Assembly (NCBI GenBank): GCA_039715015.1
Contig: JBDLIE010000068.1
Span: forward strand, 1-13,602
Source: Thermodesulfobacteriota bacterium
GTDB lineage: Bacteria; Desulfobacterota; Desulfobulbia; Desulfobulbales; SURF-16
DNA: 13,602 bases
Direction of reading: 5' to 3'
Shown here piece by piece: positions 7,964 to 13,602 of this stretch (position 1 is its first letter; each line of letters begins with the position of its first letter). The translations under genes and the position numbers were made by a program. The notes under the pieces were generated by a model, which was given only the letters and a program-made list of their open reading frames with translations, ran no database searches and had not been told where the DNA came from.

Positions 7964-8557
7964 CTACTCTGCGGTTTTCTTCTTTTTAAAACTCTTTTCT
8001 GCACCCTTTATGAGGCGGCCAATATTCTCATGATGCTTAAGCCAGATCAAGGCAGTAACAAAGAGGGCAAGATAGAAATAGTTTCCCAGACCATGGCGTA
8101 ACCAGACCAGACAAGAAACTGAGGCAGCCGCTAACAACGAGCCCAGAGAGACATAGCCGGATAGGGCCACGGCAAGAACAAAAATGGCAATACCGCCAGC
8201 CACGGCAATAAGGTCAAGAAAGAGAAAGACCCCCAGGGCCGTGGCCACCCCTTTGCCGCCTCGAAAACGAAGATAGACGGGATAGCAATGACCGAAAAAA
8301 GCGGCGGCGCCACAGAGAAGAACCGTAGAGGAAGCAGCACCGGCGGCCTGGGCAACGACCATGGGCAGCAGTCCTTTGGCCGCATCAAAAAGCAGGGTAA
8401 AAACCCCAAACTTCTTGCCCGCCAGACGGGTAACATTGGTGGCGCCGATATTACGGGAGCCGGAATCACGAACATCAATCCCTGCCATTTTGCCCAGGAG
8501 CAGTCCAAAAGGGATGGACCCTACCAGGTAGGCCAAAAATATTGCCAGATAATTCAT
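7964..8557 (-). CDS. plsY: Acyl-phosphate:glycerol-3-phosphate acyltransferase PlsY
   Basis: 'AYLVGSIPFG', 'GSRNIGATNVTR', 'DAAKG', 'GHCYPVYLRFRGGKGVAT', 'KHHENIGRL'. Confidence 0.96.
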   Translation of the reverse strand: MNYLAIFLAYLVGSIPFGLLLGKMAGIDVRDSGSRNIGATNVTRLAGKKFGVFTLLFDAAKGLLPMVVAQAAGAASSTVLLCGAAAFFGHCYPVYLRFRGGKGVATALGVFLFLDLIAVAGGIAIFVLAVALSGYVSLGSLLAAASVSCLVWLRHGLGNYFYLALFVTALIWLKHHENIGRLIKGAEKSFKKKKTAE

Positions 8558-8698
8558 TTTCTCTACGTATCCTTAAATATTAAACATGAAGAAAGACGCA
8601 ACCAACTTAACATTTTTTCACGTAGCTTTCATTGATATGCTACGATATTTTTCCTTGTCACCAATCACAATCATAGGTCTCAAAAAAAGGACAAAACC

Positions 8699-9169
8699 TT
8701 GGCAGATCATCAAAAATTCATGGCCCAGGCCATTAGGCTGGCCGAAAAAAGTCTAATCAATGGCGGCGGCCCTTTTGGCGCCGTCATTGTCAAAAATAAC
8801 GAGGTTATCGGCAGTGGCTCCAACCAGGTGACCCTGACAAATGACCCCACGGCCCACGCCGAGATGGTAGCCATCCGCGCCGCCTGTCAGGCTGTCAGCG
8901 ATTTTCAACTTGAGGGCTGCGCCATCTATGTCAACTGCGAGCCCTGTCCCATGTGCCTGTCTGCCCTTTACTGGGCCGGTGTTAAGGAAATCTATTTTGC
9001 CGCAGACCGCAACGACGCTGCGGCCATCGGCTTTGCCGATAATTTCATCTACCAGGAATTTGCAAAGGAGCCGGCAGACAGGGAGATAGCCATACACCAA
9101 CTCATGCGCGCCGAGGCCTTACAAGGTTTCCTGCTCTGGGATGAGCTGGAGGACAAGATCCCCTATTAA
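8699..9169 (+). CDS. guaD: Zn-dependent nucleoside/nucleobase deaminase, GuaD-like guanine deaminase
   Basis: 'GGGPFGAVIV', 'NDPTAHAE', 'CEPCPMCLSALYWA', 'AAAIGFADNFIY' and C-terminal Tyr, as in Bacillus-type GuaD. TTG start after AAGGA. Substrate is inferred. Confidence 0.82.
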   Translation: MADHQKFMAQAIRLAEKSLINGGGPFGAVIVKNNEVIGSGSNQVTLTNDPTAHAEMVAIRAACQAVSDFQLEGCAIYVNCEPCPMCLSALYWAGVKEIYFAADRNDAAAIGFADNFIYQEFAKEPADREIAIHQLMRAEALQGFLLWDELEDKIPY

Positions 9170-9296
9170 AAAGAGGAAAGGAAAACTCGCCCCGACAAGA
9201 AAAAACCCTTTTCCCCCAGCGATAAGCTGCTTAAATATTTAACAAACTTAGAAATTCACTTTTTTCTCATAAAAAAGTACAAAAAAACCAGATCTG

Positions 9297-9310
9297 TTGA
9301 CCTAGGTCAA
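9297..9310. promoter_or_regulatory. Crp/Fnr-family (HcpR-type) operator upstream of hcp
   Basis: Perfect 14-bp palindrome TTGACCTAGGTCAA, ~85 bp before the hcp start; TAATGT at 9333-9338 fits a -10 if the site is centred at -41.5. Confidence 0.8.
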
Positions 9311-9394
9311 AGCCTGGGGCTTGCAAGTACGATAATGTGGTCTCAACAAAAGACAAAAAAACCCCGCTTTTCTAACCTTAAAGGAGGATTCAAT

Positions 9395-10999
9395 ATGTTC
9401 TGTCAACAATGCGAACAAACAGCCAAGGGAATTGCCTGCACCACCATGGGCGTCTGTGGAAAAAACGAAGAGGTTGCCGACCTCCAGGATCTGCTCATTC
9501 ACGCGACTCAGGGCCTCTGTCAATACAGTGATGCAGCCCGCACAAAGGGCATTACCGATCCCGCCACCTCACTCTTTATATGTGAGGCCATTTTTTCCAC
9601 CCTGACAAACGTCAATTTCGACTCGCAACGTTTCGTCAACCTGATCAACAAGGCGGTTGAGCTTCGTGAAGAGATGAAGGCAAAGTCTGGCGCTAATTTC
9701 ACCACAGCTGCCGCCACTTTCACCCCGGCCTCTGATCTTGCCGGCCTGGTGGAGCAGGGCAAGGCTGTAAGCCTTGATACCGAAGAGAACGAGGACATCA
9801 GGTCCCTTAAGCACATCACCCTCTTTGGCCTCAAAGGTGTCGCAGCCTATGCCGATCATGCCCGCATCCTGGGCCAGGAAGACGACTCTGTCTACGCCTA
9901 TATTGACGAGGCCATGACCACCATCCTCCGCGACGACCTTGAGGTGGGCGAGCTGGTGACCCTGGCCCTGAAATGCGGTGAGGCCAACCTGAAGGCCATG
10001 GAGCTGCTTGATGCCGGCAACACCGGCAAATTTGGCCATCCGGTACCAACGCAAGTACCCCTGGGGGCAAAAAAGGGCAAGGCTATCCTGGTATCCGGTC
10101 ATGACCTGCAGGACCTGGAGCTGATCCTTAAGCAGACCGAGGGCAAAGGCATCAATGTCTACACCCACGGTGAAATGCTGCCCTGCCACGGCTATCCTGA
10201 GCTGAAAAAATATGACCATTTTTACGGCCATTACGGCACTGCCTGGCAGAACCAGAAGAAAGAATTTGCCGAGTTCCCCGGTGCTGTGGTCATGACCACC
10301 AACTGCATCCAGGACCCCAAGGCCTATATGGACAGCATCTTCACCTCCGGCCTGGTGGGCTGGCCCGGCGTCGCCCATCTTGGCGACAAGGACTTCACCC
10401 CGGCCATCAACAAGGCCCTGGCCATGGACGGTTTCAGCGAGGACACCGACAAGGGCTCCGTCATGGTCGGTTTTGCCAGAAACGCCGTGCTTGGCGTTGC
10501 CGACAAGGTCATCGGGGCCGTGAAGGACAAGGCCATCCGTCATTTCTTCCTGGTGGGCGGTTGCGACGGCGCCAAGCCTGGCCGCAACTACTACACCGAG
10601 TTGGTCGAAAAGGTGCCGGAGGACTGCATGGTCCTCACCCTGGCCTGCGGCAAGTTCCGTTTCTTTGACAAGCAGCTCGGCGATATCGGCGGCATCCCCC
10701 GTCTCCTCGATGTGGGACAGTGCAACGATGCCTACTCCGCTATCCAGATTGCTGTGGCCCTGGCTGGCGCCTTTGAGTGCGGGGTGAACGACCTGCCGCT
10801 TTCCATGGTGCTTTCCTGGTACGAGCAAAAGGCCGTGGCCATCCTCCTGACCCTGCTGCACTTAGGGATCAAGGATATCCGTCTCGGACCCAGCCTGCCG
10901 GCCTTTATTACCCCGAACGTCCTTAACGTCCTGGTGGAGAACTTCAACATTATGCCCACCTCCACCCCGGATGAAGATTTGAAGGCGATCCTGGGATAG
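9395..10999 (+). CDS. hcp: Hybrid cluster protein (prismane; NO/hydroxylamine reductase), class I
   Basis: 'MFCQQCEQTAKGIACTTMGVCGK' (Cx2Cx8Cx5C), 'SGHDL', 'YTHGEMLP', 'TTNC', 'GGCDG', 'LACGK', 'GQCND', 'WYEQKA'. SD AAGGAGG before ATG 9395, so the track start 9335 is probably too long. Confidence 0.98.
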   Translation: MFCQQCEQTAKGIACTTMGVCGKNEEVADLQDLLIHATQGLCQYSDAARTKGITDPATSLFICEAIFSTLTNVNFDSQRFVNLINKAVELREEMKAKSGANFTTAAATFTPASDLAGLVEQGKAVSLDTEENEDIRSLKHITLFGLKGVAAYADHARILGQEDDSVYAYIDEAMTTILRDDLEVGELVTLALKCGEANLKAMELLDAGNTGKFGHPVPTQVPLGAKKGKAILVSGHDLQDLELILKQTEGKGINVYTHGEMLPCHGYPELKKYDHFYGHYGTAWQNQKKEFAEFPGAVVMTTNCIQDPKAYMDSIFTSGLVGWPGVAHLGDKDFTPAINKALAMDGFSEDTDKGSVMVGFARNAVLGVADKVIGAVKDKAIRHFFLVGGCDGAKPGRNYYTELVEKVPEDCMVLTLACGKFRFFDKQLGDIGGIPRLLDVGQCNDAYSAIQIAVALAGAFECGVNDLPLSMVLSWYEQKAVAILLTLLHLGIKDIRLGPSLPAFITPNVLNVLVENFNIMPTSTPDEDLKAILG

Positions 11000-11007
11000 T
11001 TAAAAGC

Positions 11008-11093
11008 AGAAGTTGAGAAGTAAGAATTCAGAAATTAGAATTTAGGAACCTGAATGGTGCCTTCTGGGTCTTTATACTTACTCCTCAACTTCT
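11008..11093. repeat. Inverted repeat built on ~7-bp periodic units between hcp and the HD gene
   Basis: agaagttgagaagtaag (11008-11024) / cttactcctcaacttct (11077-11093), one mismatch; left side continues aagaatt-cagaaat-tagaatt-taggaac. Confidence 0.5.
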
Positions 11094-11120
11094 TACTTCA
11101 CAAATTCTGGAGTCTTAATC

Positions 11121-11858
11121 ATGAAATGCCCCGGACAGGACAGCCGTTACTGGACAGGAAACGACATCTTTGAGAGCAAGTGCCCCAAGTGTGGGACCAT
11201 ACTTGAGTTTTTCAAGGACGATTCCACCAGGCCCTGCCCGAAATGCGGCTACCGGATGCTTAACCCCCACATTAATTTCGGCTGTGCTGAATACTGCCCC
11301 CATGCCGAGCAATGCCTGGGATCTTTGCCCGAAGGTCTGCAGGTAAAAAAGGGACAAACATCCTCTTTGAAAGATAGGGTCCTAACTGCCATGGAGGAAT
11401 ATTTCGGTGACGACCGCAGGCGCATTAACCACGCTAAAAAGGTTGCTGATTACGCCGAGCAGATCAACAAATATGAACAGGGTGACCCGGCAATAATTAT
11501 GGCCTGCGGTTATCTCCACGATATAGGCATCAAAGAGGCGGAACGCAAGTTCCAGTCAAGCTCTGGCAAATATCAACACCAGGAAGGCCCCCCGGTAGCT
11601 CACCAGATTTTAACGGAGCTTGGTGTCGATGATGAGATGATTTCTGAAATTTGTGACATTATCGGCCATCATCACCACCCGAGGCCAGAAGAGACCACCA
11701 ATTATAAGGTTCTTTATGATGCCGACCTCATCGTTAACCTGCAAGAGGACCAACCTGCAGGTGGCCGGAGTCAAGAAAAATTAAAGAGCATTATTAACAA
11801 ATCGTTTTTTACCGAGGCTGGCCAAAAGCTGGCTCGGGAAGCTTTTCAGATTGATTGA
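11121..11858 (+). CDS. HD-domain metal-dependent phosphohydrolase with an N-terminal 8-Cys domain
   Basis: N-terminus 'MKCPGQD...CPKCG...EFFKDD...CPKCG...GCAEYCPHAEQC'; HD core 'RINHAKKV...LHDIG...GHHHHP...YDAD'. Confidence 0.88.
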   Translation: MKCPGQDSRYWTGNDIFESKCPKCGTILEFFKDDSTRPCPKCGYRMLNPHINFGCAEYCPHAEQCLGSLPEGLQVKKGQTSSLKDRVLTAMEEYFGDDRRRINHAKKVADYAEQINKYEQGDPAIIMACGYLHDIGIKEAERKFQSSSGKYQHQEGPPVAHQILTELGVDDEMISEICDIIGHHHHPRPEETTNYKVLYDADLIVNLQEDQPAGGRSQEKLKSIINKSFFTEAGQKLAREAFQID

Positions 11859-11871
11859 AAGAGGTATTTTT

Positions 11872-12627
11872 ATGAAGGTTCGCCGAAAGATAATTGAAAT
11901 TAACGAAGAGCTCTGTGACGGCTGCGGCCAGTGCATTATCGGCTGTGCTGAAGCTGCCCTTGAGCTTGTGGATGGTAAAGCAAAGCTGGTTGCAGAGAAA
12001 TATTGCGATGGTCTGGGTGCCTGCCTGGGCGAATGTCCCACCGGTGCCCTGAAGATTATCGAACGGGTCAGCGACGAGTTTGATGAAGAGGCGGTCGAAG
12101 CACTGCTTGAGGCTAACAGGCAAAAAGAAGACAAAAGCGAAGAAGCCCCTGTCCCTGAGACCATGGCCTGCGGCTGTGCCGGCAGCAACATCCAGAGCTT
12201 TGTGCCCCAGACTCCCTGCCAGAGTGCCAACCAGCCTAAGGCCATGACGCCAGCCGGTTCATCAGCCCTTACCCACTGGCCCGTGCAGATTCGCCTGGTG
12301 CCGCCCTCCGCCCCCTTCCTGCAAGGAGCGGATCTTCTCATCGCCGCTGACTGCACCCCTATTGCCTATGCCAATTTCCATCAGGATTTTATGAACGGCA
12401 AGGTGGTGATGATGGGCTGCCCAAAATTTGACGACCAGCAGTCCTACGTGGATAAGCTGGCTGAGATCTTTGCCACGGCCAACATCTCTTCAGTAACCAC
12501 CGCCATCATGGAGGTTCCCTGCTGCGGCAGCATGCGCGCTATTGTCAGCGAGGCCATAAAACAGGCTGGCGTTGAGGTGCCAAGTAAGGAGATTGTTATC
12601 TCCACCCGCGGTGATATCCTCGGTTAG
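11872..12627 (+). CDS. 2x[4Fe-4S] ferredoxin-domain protein, FrdX-like (Hcp-associated)
   Basis: 'CDGCGQCIIGCAE' and 'CDGLGACLGECP'; C-domain 'LTHWPVQIRLV', 'AADC', 'GCPKFD', 'MEVPCC'. SD GAGGT before ATG 11872. Confidence 0.88.
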   Translation: MKVRRKIIEINEELCDGCGQCIIGCAEAALELVDGKAKLVAEKYCDGLGACLGECPTGALKIIERVSDEFDEEAVEALLEANRQKEDKSEEAPVPETMACGCAGSNIQSFVPQTPCQSANQPKAMTPAGSSALTHWPVQIRLVPPSAPFLQGADLLIAADCTPIAYANFHQDFMNGKVVMMGCPKFDDQQSYVDKLAEIFATANISSVTTAIMEVPCCGSMRAIVSEAIKQAGVEVPSKEIVISTRGDILG

Positions 12628-12648
12628 ATTCTCCCCTTCCTCCTCTCC

Positions 12649-12695
12649 AAAAAGAAGCCCCCCTGCCACGTATTGGCAGGGGGGCTTCTTTTTTT
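12649..12695. terminator. Intrinsic terminator (probably bidirectional) ending the hcp locus
   Basis: aaaaagaagcccccctgcca-cgtat-tggcaggggggcttcttttt(tt). Confidence 0.88.
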
Positions 12696-12775
12696 GTTTA
12701 TCGACGATTTCACCATCTACGAGAGGAGGCAAAGAGAATATGCTTTACCTTTTTCCATATAATTGAATTGATGGG

Positions 12776-12934
12776 TTATTTTGTAATATTGCTTATTTTA
12801 TCTTTTGCTGTATTGAGCGCTTTACCCATTTTTTTCCCCGCTTTTTCCGCTTCACTTTCTTTTTCGCAGGCCACTGTTGAAAGTGATAAAAGAACCAGTG
12901 AAAACAACAAAACTGCCTTTGATTTTAATTTCAT
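12776..12934 (-). CDS. Small 52-aa lipoprotein
   Basis: MKLKSKAVLLFSLVLLSLSTVACEKESEAEKAGKKMGKALNTAKDKISNITK*; lipobox TVA-C; SD AAGGAGG overlapping the upstream stop codon. Absent from the ORF track. Confidence 0.8.
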   Translation of the reverse strand: MKLKSKAVLLFSLVLLSLSTVACEKESEAEKAGKKMGKALNTAKDKISNITK

Positions 12935-12946
12935 TTTATTCCCTCC

Positions 12947-13108
12947 TTATTTCTTTTTAGCAACTACCCATACAGCATGAACAATTCCAGGAATATAGCC
13001 AAACAAAGTTAATACAATGTTAATCCAGAAATGTTTTCCGATGCCAACTTGGAGGAATACCCCCAAAGGGGGTAATATAAGTGCACAAATAATTTTAATA
13101 AACTCCAT
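12947..13108 (-). CDS. yqaE: YqaE/Pmp3 (UPF0057) family membrane proteolipid, 53 aa
   Basis: MEFIKIICALILPPLGVFLQVGIGKHFWINIVLTLFGYIPGIVHAVWVVAKKK*, with family motifs 'LPPLGVF', 'FWINIxLTL', 'GYIPGIVHAxW'. Absent from the ORF track. Confidence 0.95.
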   Translation of the reverse strand: MEFIKIICALILPPLGVFLQVGIGKHFWINIVLTLFGYIPGIVHAVWVVAKKK

Positions 13109-13182
13109 AAAATTCTCTCTTTATTTCCATTTTGTTACCGAAACCAACTCCGCAATGAAGAGGTTCTTTCTGTTGTCTCTTC

Positions 13183-13290
13183 TTATTTAGTGACAGCTTT
13201 CTTCACTTGACCAGGCGCAAGAAGGTTGCAAGCGCTTAATGTGGAAACAGAAAACAAAGAGATTACAATAAGAACAATTACCTTTTTCAT
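13183..13290 (-). CDS. Very small 35-aa lipoprotein
   Basis: MKKVIVLIVISLFSVSTLSACNLLAPGQVKKAVTK*; canonical signal peptide II with lipobox LSA-C; SD AAGGGG 6 nt before the ATG. Confidence 0.72.
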   Translation of the reverse strand: MKKVIVLIVISLFSVSTLSACNLLAPGQVKKAVTK

Positions 13291-13426
13291 AACTTTCCCC
13301 TTAGGAATAATTTTATGCCAGAATTAATTTCCGGCGATAGTTAATGACATGAGCTCAAGCTTACTTTTTCGTGACAAGAATCACTAGTATCATTTCATTT
13401 TTTATTTTTATTATTGGGAACTTATT

Positions 13427-13503
13427 GCCGAACGCAAAGCTAAGACGCACGCCTGGCGGAGGTTGGTAAGTTCGGGTTGCAATTAAGTTGGCCGAAGCCG
13501 ATA
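13427..13503 (-). other. Putative integron attC site, partial (L'/R' end), interrupted by an IS
   Basis: Minus strand ends ...gcgtgcgt-CTTAGC-tttgc-GTTCGGC (L'-5 nt-R' arrangement). On the plus strand cctggcgg (13452-13459) begins to pair with ccgatagg (13498-13505) just where the IS end starts. Confidence 0.5.
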
Positions 13504-13602
13504 GGTAATCCCCCCGAAAAATAGTGGTGTTCAAAAGTAGAATTTTCTCGTAATAAATTTGGAGGAGATTCTAGATGAAAAAATCACGATATAGCGACAG
13601 CC
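13504..13602 (+). mobile_element. Left end of an IS3-family insertion sequence (IS407-group-like), running off the window
   Basis: ggtaatccccccg...aaagtagaattttctcgta...ggaggagattctagATG resembles IS407-group left ends (from recall), followed by an OrfA-type start. Boundary is uncertain by 1-2 bp. Confidence 0.8.
13575..13602 (+). CDS. IS3-family transposase OrfA, N-terminal fragment
   Basis: SD GGAGGAG, then MKKSRYSDS(Q), the usual 'MKKSRFTDSQI'-type OrfA start. Confidence 0.75.

Noticed and set aside
9569..10861. 430-aa antisense ORF within hcp, plus other antisense ORFs inside polA, ppiD, guaD and the FrdX-like gene
   Set aside because: Shadow frames of well-supported genes with GC-rich third positions; no recognisable motifs.
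12768..12980. 70-aa plus-strand hydrophobic ORF in the track
   Set aside because: It is the antisense of the 52-aa lipoprotein, which has a strong SD and a lipobox.
13056..13075. Palindrome tacccccaaagggggta resembling a REP
   Set aside because: It simply encodes the conserved LPPLGV motif of YqaE on the minus strand.
13305..13321. Sigma54-like TGGCAT upstream of the 35-aa gene
   Set aside because: No TTGC at the -12 position and too close to the start codon.
1..13602. CRISPR arrays, tRNA or rRNA genes
   Set aside because: No regularly spaced direct repeats or recognisable tRNA/rRNA signatures seen by eye.

Overview
Chromosomal window from an anaerobic sulfur-cycling deltaproteobacterium (Desulfobulbales-like; inferred from gene content and protein style). 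Left to right: the end of a flagellar operon (partial csrA, fliW) converging on a stand-alone sigma28-driven flgM; polA; a ~190-bp palindromic element with a nested insert; ppiD; an AT-rich orphan secreted lipoprotein; a minus-strand plsY / small J-domain gene / degenerate Zn-ribbon fragment run; a GuaD-like deaminase; and a nitrosative-stress locus (perfect TTGAC-N4-GTCAA box, hcp, Cys-rich HD protein, FrdX-like Fe-S protein). The last ~900 bp are AT-rich and hold three tiny minus-strand genes missed by the ORF track (35-aa and 52-aa lipoproteins and a YqaE/Pmp3 proteolipid). These sit downstream of what looks like half of an integron attC site, cut by an IS3-family element that starts at the window end.
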